Source of the DNA: Squalus acanthias
Taxonomy: Eukaryota
Assembly: GCA_030390025.1 (NCBI GenBank)
Contig: JASTWF010000352.1
Location: 372,001-436,000 of the forward strand
Reading direction: 5' to 3'
DNA: 64,000 nucleotides
Both the position numbers and the translations under genes were made by a program. Position 1 is the stretch's first letter, and each line of letters opens with the position of its first letter. Below are positions 11,875 to 23,749 of this stretch, one piece after another. The notes under the pieces are model-generated. The model was not told the origin of the DNA. It did not search any database and saw only the letters and a program-made list of their open reading frames with translations.

Positions 11875-12955
11875 GTGAGGAAGAAGCAGAGGGTAATGGT
11901 TGATGGGTGTTTTTGTGACTGGAAGGCTGTTTCCAGTGGGGTTCTGCAGGGCTCAGTACTGGGTCCCTTGCTTTTTGTGGTATATATCAACGATCTTGAC
12001 TTGAATATAGGGGGTATGATTAAGAAGTTTGCAGATGATACTAAAATCAGCTGTCTGGTTGTTACTGAAGAAGGAAGCTGTAGACTGCAGGAAGATATCA
12101 ATATCAATAAATTGGTCAGGTGGGCAGAACAGTGGCAAATGGAATTCAATCCGGAGTAGTGTGAGGTAATGCATTTGGGGAGGGCTAACAAGGAAAGGGA
12201 ATACACATTAAATGGTAGGACAATGAGTAGTGTAGAGGAACAAAGGGACCTCGGAGTGCATGTCCACAGATCCCTGAAGGTAGCAGGCCAGGTAGATAAG
12301 GTGGTTAAGAATGCATACGGAATGCTTGCCTTTATTAGCCAAGGCATAGAATACAAGAGCGGGGGGTTATGCTTCAACTGTATAAAACACTAGTTAGGCC
12401 TCAGCTAGAGTACTGGGTGCAGTTCTGGTCACCACATTACAGGAAAGATGTGATTGCACTAGAGAGGGTACAGAGGAGATTTACAAGGATATTGCCGGGA
12501 GTAGAGAATCTTAGCTATGAGGAAAGACTGGATAGGCTGTGTCTGTTTTCCTTGGAACAGAGGAGGCTGAGGGGAGGCCTTATTGAGGTGTGTAAAATTA
12601 TGAGGGGCATAGATAAAGTGGATAGAAAGGACCTATTTCCCTTAGCAGAGGGGTCAAAAACCAAGGGGCACAGATTTAAAGTAATTGGTGGAAGGTTTAG
12701 AGGAGATGTGAGGGGAAATTTCTTCACCCAGAGGGTTGTGGGGGTCTGGAACTCACTGCCTGAAAGGGTGGTAGAGGCAGGAACCCTAACCACATTTAAA
12801 AAGTACTTGGATGTGCCCTTGGGATGCTCTAACCTGCAGGGCTACGGACCAAGAGCTGGGAAGTGGGATTAGGCTGGATAGCTCTTTGTTGGCCGGCGCG
12901 GACAAGATGGGCCGAAATGGCCTCCTTCCGTGCTGTAACTTTCTATGATTCTATG
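11875..12955 (+). mobile_element. 5'-truncated CR1 LINE with 3' tail
   Basis: GSVLGPLLF, KFADD, LVRPQLEY and FFTQRVV motifs with a stop and a frameshift; tail TTCTATGATTCTATG. Confidence 0.93.
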
Positions 12956-13351
12956 CTGTGGGGCACACGCTGAAAGTGATTAACAGACTGGGTTTTGTGT
13001 TCAGTGATCCCAGGCGTGTTACCAATACCTTCCCTGGATACCAAGGCTGGGAGAGGCACTCTGGAATGTATGGGGAGCTGGGACTTGTCCATGAGAGTAA
13101 CCGAAGGTCTGAGAACTGAAATAATCTAGAGTTAGAAAGGAGAAAAGGCCCAAAAATGGAACAGTTGGTAACAGAACATCAATTAGTCTCCTCTTATCTT
13201 ACAGAAATAAAGAACACAACAGTGTGTGTTTACACCAAAACTGGCTTGACAGATATCCAGAAACTTAAACTCCAGCCCAGTTAAAGGGGTTATTAACATC
13301 AGCACAAACAAAAGAAGGATGTGATTAATGGCAGAATCGAACCCCCTGCAG

Positions 13352-14306
13352 TCACTTGTGAACTCGCTGGTGTCTCAGTAGGGGAGATGATCGACTGAAT
13401 CCCTTCCCACACATGGAGCAGGTGAATATCCTCTCCCCAGTGTGAACACGCTGGTGCGTTCGAAGATTGGATGCATGAGTGAATCCCTTCCCACATACAG
13501 AGCAGGTAAACGGCCTCGCCCCGGTGTGAACTCGCAGGTGCGTTCAAAGATTGGATGCATGAGTGAATCCCTTCCCACATACAGAGCAGGTAAACGGCCT
13601 CTCCCCAGTGTGAACTCGCTGGTGTTGAATGAGGTGAGACGACTGCCTGAAGCTCTTCTCGCAGTGAGTGCAACTGAACGGTCTCTCGTCAGTGTGAACA
13701 AGCTGATGTTCAATAAAATCTGCAGAGATTTTAAAGCAGTTCCCATAGTCAGAGCATTTAAAAGGTCTCTCGTCAGTGTGAACTCGGTGGTGTAACTGGA
13801 GGCTGGACAGCAGAGCGAATCCCATCCCACACTCGGAGCAGGTGAACGGCCTCTCCCCGGTGTGACTGCGTCGATGAATTTCCAGGTGGGATGGGGAACT
13901 GAATCCCTTCCCACAGTCCCCACATTTCCAGGGTTTCTCCGTGGTGCGGGTGTCCTTGTGTCTCTCCAGGTTGGACGATCAGTTGAAGCCTCGTCCACAC
14001 ACAGAACACGTGTACGGTTTCTCCCCGCTTTGAATGGTGCGATGTTTTTTCAGGCTGTGTAACTGGTTAAAGCTCTTTCCACAGTCAGTGCACTGGAACA
14101 CTCTCACTCGGGTGTGTGTGTCTCGGTGCTTTTCCAGTCACACTGATGTTTGAAATATTTTCCCACAGACAGAACAGACAAACATTTCTCCTTCCACATT
14201 CAAAGGCCGATGATATTCAGGTCCTGATGAATGGAGTGACTCTGTCAGATCTTGATGTGATGTTTGGTGTGAGTTTGCGGTGTGTAAATGCTGCCCTTCT
14301 CACAGC
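13352..14306 (-). pseudogene. C2H2 zinc-finger exon (unit 2): 7 fingers from ACG at 13942, premature TGA in finger 5
   Basis: Acceptor-like AAACTCCTTTTACAG ends at 14307. The frame [14 protein letters not shown]...HQRVHK* ends at 13352. An internal TGA at 13544-13546 aligns with CGA in the next, near-identical finger. Confidence 0.85.
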
Positions 14307-14361
14307 CTGTAAAAGGAGTTTCCAAAAGCCATGACTGTGAGTCCAGGATAGAAATTGACAA

Positions 14362-14799
14362 CATAGAAACTAGGAGCAGGAGTAGGCCATTCGGCCCGTC
14401 GAGCCTGCTCCACCATTCAATACGATCATGGCTGATCATCCAAATCCAGTACCCTGTCCCTGCTTTCTCACACAGAATCCCCATCGAGCCTGCACCGACA
14501 CATATCCCACCCTATCCCCGTAACCCCACGTATTTAATTCCCCCTAACATATCCCATCCTATCCCCATAACCCCACATATTTAATCCCCCCCGAACACTA
14601 AGGGTCAATTTATCATAGCCAAATCAACCAAACCCGCACATTTTTGGACTGTGGGAGGAAACCGGAGCACCCGGAGGAAACCCACGCAGACACGGGGAGA
14701 ATGTGCAAACTCCACACAGACAGTCACCCGAGGCCAGATTCGAACCCGGGTCCCTGGCGCTGTGAGGCACCAGTGCTAACCACTATGCCACCGTGTTGC
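14362..14799 (-). mobile_element. tRNA-derived V-SINE (HE1-like) with CR1-derived 3' tail
   Basis: Minus strand has A box TGGCATAGTGG, B box GGTTCGAATC, V-domain-like TGTCTGTGTGGAGTTTGCACATTCTCCCCGTGTCTGCGTGGGTTTCCTCCGG, then a CR1-like 3'UTR ending TTTCTATGT. Confidence 0.88.
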
Positions 14800-14887
14800 A
14801 TAGAGATTCTCTCCTCCTGGTTCCTGGCAAACGCCCGGACCGGAGGCTCTTGTTCGGGGCCTGAGGCCCACCCTGGGTGTTTGTGAA

Positions 14888-15332
14888 GCGGATAATGTGG
14901 AGTGTTTTAATAATGGGGCCTGGGGCCGCACTCGGGGTGTGTGCAGCCCGCGTCCCCCCGGGGTTTATTAACCCGCTCCCTGAGCTCTCTCACCTGATGT
15001 GTCAGCTGCTGCTGCCAAGGTCCGCGCATGCTCAGCTCACCTTCTGTTGTTCAGGTTTAAAGGTCAAGCCCCGCCCCTCACACACTGCGATTGGTTGGAG
15101 GACCCGCCGCCCGCTCGGTCCTCCAGACCCGCCCCTCTCTTCCTATTGGTCCGGAGATCCCGTCAATCACCCGGGCAGTGTGAGCTGAGCATGTGCGGAC
15201 CTTGGCAGCAGCCGCTGACACATCAGGTGAGAGAGCTCAGGGAGCGGGTTAATAAACCCCGGGGGGATGCGGGCTGCACACACCCCGAGTGCGGCCCCAG
15301 GCCCCATTATTAAAACACTCCACATTATCCGC
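14888..15332. promoter_or_regulatory. Putative bidirectional promoter flanked by inverted exon-1 copies of ZNF units 2 and 3
   Basis: 14888-15040 is the near-exact reverse complement of 15180-15332. The spacer has CCCGCCCC GC boxes and two ATTGG (CCAAT) boxes. Each arm has a CAG|GTGAGA donor (GT at 15227 on +, 14993 on -). Confidence 0.75.
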
Positions 15333-15403
15333 CCACCGCTTCCCGGTTTCTCCCGATTCGCTCAGCAAAGGGGCCCCGCGCCAAACTCCGGGACAGACAG
15401 GAA

Positions 15404-16248
15404 GTCAGGGAGCGTCTGTAAATGGAGGAGAAATGGAGACTGGTCAGGGAGCGTCTGTAAATGGAGGAGAAAAGGTGACTGGTCAGGGAGCGTCTGTAAA
15501 TGGAGGAGAAATGGAGACTGGTCAGGGAGCGTCTGTAAATGGAGGAGAAATGGAGACTGGTCAGGGAGCGTCTGTAAATGAAGGAGAAATGGCGACTGGT
15601 CAGGGAGCGTCTGTAAATGGAGGAGAAAAGGTGACTGGTCAGGGAGCGTCTGTAAATGGAGGAGAAATGGCGACTGGTCAGGGAGCGTCTGTAAATGGAG
15701 GAGAAATGGAGACTGGTCAGGGAGCGTCTGTAAATGGAGGAGAAATGGCGACTGGTCAGGGAGCGTCTGTAAATGGAGGAGAAATGGTGACTGGTCAGGG
15801 AGCGTCTGTAAATGGAGGAGAAATGGAGACTGGTCAGGGAGCGTCTGTAAATGGAGGAGAAATGGAGGCTGGTCAGGGAGCGTCTGTAAATGGAGGAGAA
15901 ATGGAGACTGGTCAGGGAGTGTCTGTAAATGGAGGAGAACTGGAGACTGGTCAGGGAGCGTCTGTAAATGGAGGAGAACTGGAGACTGGTCAGGGAGTGT
16001 CTGTAAATGGAGGAGAAATGGAGACTGGTCAGGGAGCGTCTGTAAATGGAGGAGAAATGGAGACTGGTCAGGGAGCGTCTGTAAATGGAGTTGAAATGGT
16101 GAATGGTCAGGGAGCGTCTGTAAATGGAGGAGAAATGGAGGCTGGTCAGGGAGCGTCTGTAAATGGAGGAGAAATGGAGACTGGTCAGGGAGCGTCTGTA
16201 AATGGAGTTGAAATGGTGATTGCTCAGGGAGCGTCTTTAAATGGAGGA
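15404..16248 (+). repeat. 39-bp minisatellite (~21 copies)
   Basis: Unit GGTCAGGGAGCGTCTGTAAATGGAGGAGAAATGGAGACT. Confidence 0.97.
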
Positions 16249-16473
16249 TAAATTATTTATTATTTTGCGGCTTGGTTTGTGTGAAACCTACATCACAAAT
16301 TTCAATGAGACTCTTTTCCGTGCCCCAGCTCCTGTAAATACTGGCTGGAAAGGGGCCGGACTCTCAGGAGGCTCCACACCGCTGGCTGCTCGTGTGTCAG
16401 AGATCTCCCATCAGATTAATGTGCGTCTGCTGTGTGTGTGTTTAACAAAGTGCCCGAAGCAGTTCATAAGGTG

Positions 16474-17418
16474 GGGAACCAGTGAGTGTAGAACTGAACC
16501 CAGCCAGAGTCAGCACCTTCAGGGGAGGAGAGGGAGGGGAACCAGTGAGTGTAGAACTGAACCCAGCCAGAGTCATCACCTTCAGGGGAGGAAAGAGAGG
16601 AACCAGTGAGTGTAGAACTGAACCTAGCCAGAGTCAGCACCTTCAGGGGAGGAGAGAGAGGGGAACCAGTGTGTGTAGAACTGAACCCAGCCAGAGTCAG
16701 CACCTTCAGGGGAGGAGAGGGAGAGGAACCAGTGAGTGTAGAACTGAACCCAGCCAGAGTCAGCACCTTCAGGGGAGGAGAGGGAGAGGAACCAGTGAGT
16801 GTAGAACTGAACCCAGCCAGAGTCAGCACCTTCAGGGGAGGAGAGGGAGGGGAACCAGTGAGTGTAGAACTGAACCCAGCCAGAGTCAGCACCTTCAGGG
16901 GAGGAGAGGGAGAGGAACCAGTGAGTGTAGAACTGAACCCAGCCAGAGTCAGCACCTTCAGTGTCTGTCTGTGTGGAGTTTGCACATTCTCCCCGTGTCT
17001 GCGTGGGTTTCCTCCGGGTGCTCCGGTTTCCTCCCACAGTCCAAAAATGTGCGGGTTAGGTTGATTTGGCTATGATAAATTGACCCTTAGTGTTAGGAGG
17101 GGATTAAATATGTGGGGTTATGGGGATAGGATAGGATGGGATATGTTAGGGGGAATTAAATACGTGGGGTTACGGGGATAGGGTGGGATAGGTGCAGGCT
17201 CAATGTGGGGATTCTGTGTGAGAAAGCAGGGACAGGGTACTGGATTTGGATGATCAGCCATGATCGTATTGAATGGTGGAGCAGGCTCGACGGGCTGAAT
17301 GGCCTACTCCTGCTCCTAGTTTCTATGTTTCTATGTTTCTATGTTTCAGGGGAGGAGAGGGAGGGGAACCAGTGAGTGTAGAACTGAACCCAGCCAGAGT
17401 CAGCACCTTCAGGGGAGA
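16474..17418 (+). repeat. 63-bp minisatellite, interrupted by a SINE
   Basis: Unit GGAACCAGTGAGTGTAGAACTGAACCCAGCCAGAGTCAGCACCTTCAGGGGAGGAGAGGGAGG; resumes after ~17346. Confidence 0.95.
16961..17346 (+). mobile_element. 5'-truncated HE1-like V-SINE inserted in the minisatellite
   Basis: Near-identical to the reverse complement of 14362-14722; lacks the tRNA head; tail (TTTCTATG)3; TTCAG at both junctions. Confidence 0.88.
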
Positions 17419-17604
17419 ATAAAAATGTTGGAGATGGTGCGATGGGTTTAGATTTCAGCACAGGGAGGAGGGGGAGTGTGTGGGATGGGGATTTACAGCT
17501 TTGGGGAACAAGAGAGGAAAGAATGTTCCACAGAAACTAGAATTGTCTGTTCTGAATTTCTATCCTGTACTCACAGTGATGACTTTTGTAAACTCCTTAT
17601 ACAG

Positions 17605-18282
17605 AGTATTAGAAGAGGGGGAGGATTTACAGCCGGGAAACTCAAACCAAACATCACTTCAAGATCTGACAGAGGCACTCAATACAGCAGGACCCGAATA
17701 TCATCGGCGTTTGAATGTGGAAGGAGAAATGTTTTAACTAGTTACACAACCTGAAAGCACATTGCACCAATCACATTGGGGGAAACAGTACACTTGTTCT
17801 GTGTGTGGACGAGGCTTCAACTGATCGTCCAACCTGGAGATTCACAAGGACACCCGCACCACAGAGAAACCGTGGAAATGTGGGGACTGTGGGAAGGGAT
17901 TCAATTACCCGTCTGAGCTGGAAATTCATCGACGCAGTCACACCGGGGAGAGGCCGTTCACCTGCTACGTGTGTGAGAAGGGATTCACTCAGTTATCCAC
18001 CCTGCAGATACACCAGCGAATTCACACCGGGGAGAGGCCGTTCACCTGCCCAGTGTGTGGGAAGGGATTAACTCAGTCATCTAATCTGCTGAGACACCAG
18101 CAAGGTCACATTGGTAGAGGCCATTCACCTGCTCCATATGTGGGAAGAGATTCTCTCAATTATCTGGCCTTCTGGCACACCAGCGAGTTATTACAGGGGA
18201 GAGGCCGTTCACCTGCTCCGTGTGTGGGAAAGGATTCAGCTGTCCATCCCACCTGCTGACACACCAGCGAATTCACAAGTGA
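17605..18282 (+). pseudogene. C2H2 zinc-finger pseudogene (unit 3)
   Basis: Acceptor TTATACAG ends at 17604. There is a deletion in the leader at ~17733 and frameshifts at ~18114 and ~18190. About 5 fingers end in HK*. Confidence 0.88.
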
Positions 18283-18744
18283 CTGCAGGGGTTGGATTCG
18301 GCTGTTATTGCTACTGTTAATCACATCCAGGACTGAACCATGTTCATTCTGACAGTTGGAGTTTGTTTCTGCTGATGTTAAACTCCAGCCCAGATATTGG
18401 GGTTATTAGCATTTTGCATATATAGCTGATTGTGATCTCGGGGCTGCAGTGTCCCTTTAAGAACCGCTGTCTGTGATCTTTCCCCTTAATTCAGGGCCTC
18501 TCATCAGAAATTACTTAGCAATAAAATTAACTTTTACTTCAATCCTAAATTAATCTTTGGCATAAATCTACAATTCAGTGTCTGAAAGGCACCTCCATTA
18601 TCCACCAGAAAGAAGGGGAATGGGAATTGGTGGAGAATCGAGAGTCCCCAAATGTTGCCCCTCCCGTCTGGTACAGCAATCCCCTTGGCGTGGGAATGGA
18701 GACAAGTCCAATCCAAGTAACGGGCTGAGTTTAATCTTTCTGGG

Positions 18745-19423
18745 CCTGTGGGATTGGTTTCTATCAGACAGGAGGAGATTGGTGTCAGTGACTGTGGGGT
18801 TGGTTTATATCAGACAGGAGGAGATTGGTGTCAGTGACTGTGGGACTGGTTTATATCAGACAGGAGGAGATTGGTGTCAGTGACTGTGGGACTGGTTTAT
18901 ATCAGACAGGAGGAGATTGGTGTCAGTGACTGTGGGGCTGGTTTATATCAGACAGGAGGAGATTGGTGTCAGTGACTGTGGGGCTGGTTTATATCAGACA
19001 GGAGGAGATTGGTGTCAGTGACTGTGGGGTTGGTTTATATCAGACAGGAGGAGATTGGTGTCAGTGACTGTGGGGCTGGTTTATATCAGACAGGAGGAGA
19101 TTGGTGTCAGTGACTGGGGTTGGTTTATATCAGACAGGAGGAGATTGGTGTCAGTGACTGTGGGGCTGGTTTATATCAGACAGGAGGAGATTGGTGTCAG
19201 TGACTGTGGGGTTGGTTTATATCAGACAGGAGGAGATTGGTGTCAGTGACTGGGGTTGGTTTATATCAGACAGGAGGAGATTGGTGTCAGTGACTGGGGT
19301 TGGTTTATATCAGACAGGAGGAGATTGGTGTCAGTGACTGTGGGGTTGGTTTATATCAGACAGGAGGAGATTGGTGTCAGTGACTGTGGGGTTGGTTTAT
19401 ATCAGACGGGAGGAGATTGGTGT
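18745..19423 (+). repeat. 44-46-bp minisatellite (~15 copies)
   Basis: Unit TCAGACAGGAGGAGATTGGTGTCAGTGACTGTGGGGTTGGTTTATA. Confidence 0.95.
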
Positions 19424-19427
19424 AATT

Positions 19428-22400
19428 GAATCATATCAGTTTAGGGCACAGGAGACCATTCTGCCCATCGTGTCTGTGCCGGCTGAAACGAGCTCTCCAG
19501 CCTAATCCCACTTTCCAGCTCTTGGTCCGTAGCCCTGTAGGTTACGGCACTCCAAATGCATATCCAAGCACTTCTTAAATACGATGAGGGTTTCTGCCTC
19601 TACCACCCTTTCAGGCAGTGAGTTGCAGACCCACACCACCCTCTGGGTGAAAAAAATTCTCAACTCCCCTCTGATCCTGATACAAATTACTTTAAATCTG
19701 TGCCCCCTGGTTATTGACCTCCCTGCTAAGGGAAATAGGTCCTTCCTATCCACTCAATCTAGGCCCCTCATAATTTTATACACCTCAATTAAATCTACCT
19801 TCGGCCTCCTCTCTTACAAAGGAAGTAACCCCAGCTGATGCAATCTTTCCTCATAGTTAAAATTCTCCAGACCTGGCAACATCCTCGTAAATCTCCTCTG
19901 TACCCTCTCTAGTGCAATCATAGAAACATAGAAGATAGGAGCAGGAGTAGGCCAAATTCAGTACCCTGTACCTGCTTTCTCCCCATATCCCTTGATACCT
20001 TTAGCTTTAAGAAATATATCTAACTCATTCTTGAATATGTTTAATGACTTGGCCTCAACTACCTTCTGTGGTAGAGAATTCCACAGGTTCACCACTCTCT
20101 GGGTGAAGAAATTCTTCCTCATTTCTGTCCTAAATGGCTTACCCCTTATCCTTAGATTATGACCCCTGGTTCTGGACTCTCCGACCATCGGGAACATTCT
20201 TCCTGCATCTAGTTTGTCCAGACCTGTCAGAATTTTATATGTTTCGATGAGATCCCCTCTCATTCTTCTATACTCCAGCGAGTATAAGCCCAATTGACCC
20301 AATCTCTCCTCATATGTCATTCCTGCCATCCCAGGTATCAACCTTGTGAATCTTCGCTGAACTCCTTCCATGGCAAGAACTTCCTTCCTCAGATAAGGCG
20401 ACCAAAACTGCACACTGTACTCAAGGTGTGGTCTCACCAAGGCCCTGTACAACTGCAGCAGGACATCCCTGTTCCTATACTCAAACCCTTTCGCTATGAA
20501 GGCCAACATACCATTTGCCTTCTTCACCGCCTGCTGCACCTGCATGCTTACCTTCAGCGACTGGTGCACAAGGACACCCAGGTCTCGCTGCACTTCCCCT
20601 TCTCCCAATCTATTGCCATTCAGATAATAGTCTGCCTTTCTGTTTTTGACACCAAAGTGGATAACCTCGCATTTATCCACGTTATATTGCATCTGCCATG
20701 CTTCTGCCCACTCACCCAACCTGTCAAAATCATCCTGGAGTTCCTCAGTATCCTCCTCGGAGCACACACGCCCACCCAGCTTTGTGTCATCTGCAATCTT
20801 GGAGATATTACATTTAGTTCCCTTATCCAGATCATTAATGTATATTGTGAATAGCTGGGGTCCAAGGACCGAACCCTGCGGTACCCCACTCGTCACTGCC
20901 TGCCACTCGGAAAAAGACCCATTAATTCCTACTCTCTGCTTTCTGTCTGCCAACCAGTTCTCTATCCAAGTCAATACCTTGCTCCCAATCCCATGTGCCT
21001 TAACTTTACATGTTAATCTCTTATGCGGGACCTTATCGAAAGCCTTTTGAAAGTCCAAATACACCACATCTACTGGTTCTCCCTTATCTATTTTCCCACT
21101 TACATCCTCAAAAAATTCCAGTAGATTAGTCAAGCACGATTTACCTTTTGTAAATCCATGTTGACTTTGTCCGATCCTGTCACTGTTTTTCAAGTGCTCA
21201 GCTATTACATACTTTATAATAGACTCTAGCATTTTCCCCACTACCGATGTCAGGCTTACCGGTCTGTAATTCCCCGCTTTCTCTCTACCACCCTTTTTGA
21301 ATAGCGGGGTAACATTAGCTACCCTCCAATCCATGGGTACAGTTCCAGATTCCATCAAATGTTGGAAGATGATCAGCAATGCATCTACTATTTCTAGGGC
21401 CACTTCCTTAAGTACCCTAGGATGTAGATTATCAGGCCCTGGGGATTTATCGGCCTTCAATCCCGTCAATTTCCCTAACACCATTTCCCTGCAAATACTG
21501 ATTTCTTTCAGTTCCTCCCTTTCATCAGACCGTATGTTCTCCAAGATCTCTGGTAGGTTATTTGTGTCCTCCTTTGTGAAGACAGAACCAAGATATGCAT
21601 TTAATTGGTCTGCCATTTCCTTGTTCTCCATTATAACTTCCCCCGCTTCTGACTGCAAGGGACCTACACTTGATTTCACTAATCACGTTTCCTGTAATGT
21701 GGTGACCAGAACTGTACAGTACTCTAGCTGTGGCCTAACTAGTGTTTTATACAGTTCTAGCATAATCTCCCTGCTCTTATATTCTATGCGTCGGCTAATA
21801 AAGCCAAGTATCCCGTATGCCTTCTTAACCACCTTATCTACGTGTCCTGCTACCTTCAGGGATCTGTGGACATGCACGCCAAGGTCCCTCTGTTCCTCTA
21901 CACTTCTCAGTGTCCTACCATTTATTGTGTATTCCCTTGCATTGTTAGCCCTCCCCAAATGTATTACCTCACACTTCTCCGAATTGAATTCCATTTGCCA
22001 CTGTTCTGCCCACCTGACCAGTCCATTGATATCTTCCTGCAGTCTACAGCTTTCTTCCTCACCATCAACCATACAGCCAATTTTTGAATCATCTGCAAAC
22101 TTCTTAATCATACCCCCCTACATTGAAGTCTAAATAATTGATATATACCACAAAAAGCAAGGGACCCAGTACTGAGCCCTGCAGAACCCCACTGGAAACA
22201 GCCTTCCAGTCTCAAAAACATCCATCAACCATTACCCTTTGTTTCCTGCCTCTGAGCCAATTTTGGATCCAACTTGCCACTTTCCCTTGGATCCCATGGG
22301 CTTTTACTTTTCTGACCAGTCTGCCATGTGGGTACTTGTCAAAAGCCTTGCTAAAATCCATGTAGACTACATCAAACGTGCTACCCTCATCGACCCTCCT

Positions 22401-23710
22401 TGTTACCTCCTCAAAAATTCAATCAAGTTAGTCAGACACGACCTCCCCTTCACAAATCCATGGTGACTGTCCCTGATTAAGCCTTGTCTTTCTAAATGAT
22501 GATTTATCCTGTCCCTCAGAATTTTTTCCAACAATTTGCCCACCACCAAGGTTAGGCTGACTGGCTTGTAATTACTCGGTCTATCCCTTTCTTCCTTTTT
22601 AAACAACGGTACAATGTTAGCAGTCCTCCAGCACCACACCTGTAGGCAGAGAGGATTGAAAAATGATGGTCAGAACCTCTGCTATTTCCTCCCTTGCTTC
22701 TCTTAACAGCCTGGGACACATTTCACCCGGGCCTGGCGATTTATCCACTTTCAAAGATGCTAAACCCCTTAATACTTCCTCTCTCACTATGTTTGTCTCA
22801 TCTAATATTTCACACTCCTCCTCCTCCTCAACTACAATGTCTGCATCGTCCTTCTCTATTGTGAAGACAGACACAGAGTATTCATTAAGAACCATACCCA
22901 CGTCTTCCGCCTTCACACACAAGCTTCCATTTTGCTCTCTAATCGGCCCGACTCTTTAGTTATCCTCTTGCTCTTTATGTATTTATAAAACATCTTTGGG
23001 TTTTCCTTGATTTTACTTCCAATAAGCCCTCTCTTTGCTTTCCTAATTTCCCTTTTTAATTTCACCCCTGCACGTTCTGTACTCCTCTCGGCTTTCTGCA
23101 GTATTTTGCTCTCAGTATCTGACATAAGCTTCCCTTTTTTACCTGATCAAACCCTGTATAGATTTGGGACTCCCACCCTTTTTCTTTGTGGGAACATATT
23201 TGCTCTGAACCCTCACTATCTCCTCCTTGAATGCCTCCCACTGCTCTGACACTGATTTACCTTCAGGTAGCTGTTTCCAGTCCACTTTTGCTGAATCACA
23301 TCTCAGCTTATTAAAATTGGCCTTTCCCCAATCGAGAACTTTTACTCCTGATCTATCTTTGTCCTTTTCCATAACTACGCTAAATATAACTGAATTATGA
23401 TCACTACCACCAAAATACTCTCGCACTGATACCCCTTCCAGCTTCATTGCCTAAAACTAAGTCCAGAACCACCCCCTCCCTTGTTGAGCTTGCTACATAC
23501 TGGTTAAAAAAAAGTTCTCCTGAAGGCATTTTAAGAATTCTGCTCCCTCTCTCCCTTTTATACTGATTCTATCCCAGTTAATGTGAGGGTAGGTGGAATC
23601 TCCTACTATTACTGCCCTACTGTTTTTGCACGTCTCAGAAATGTGCCTAATTATTTTCTCTTCTATCTCCCTCTGTCTAGTTGGGGGTCCCAGCAGTGTA
23701 ACTGCCCCTT
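19428..23710 (-). mobile_element. Long decayed CR1 LINE (endonuclease C-terminus to 3' tail), split by a nested CR1
   Basis: The 3' part is at 19428-19920 and the upstream part at 21683-23710 (GDxxYP, GSDHN, KSPGP, NYKPVSLT, KFADD), with many frameshifts. Confidence 0.9.
19921..21682 (-). mobile_element. Nested 5'-truncated CR1 with uninterrupted 573-aa RT/C-terminal frame
   Basis: ORF 19958-21679 (catalytic motif reads IADD rather than FADD); AATCA at both junctions; shortened 3'UTR. Confidence 0.93.
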
Positions 23711-23749
23711 TACGTGATGTTTGGTCTGAGCTTCCTATCTGTAAATGCT

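Noticed and set aside
14735..14799. tRNA gene (also the B-box-like GGTTCAAATCC at ~25346)
   Set aside because: The A/B boxes belong to SINE heads, with no complete cloverleaf or terminator.
15289..17075. ORFs with GQGASVNGGEMET or VELNPARVSTFRGG repeats (also 25785-26441 and 36212-37986)
   Set aside because: They are translations of 39-bp and 60/63-bp minisatellites lying between the predicted donor and acceptor, i.e. intronic.
14362..17346. The two inverted SINE copies as arms of one large inverted duplication
   Set aside because: Their flanks differ and one copy is 5'-truncated inside the 63-bp array with its own junction repeat. Independent insertions of one young family is the simpler explanation.
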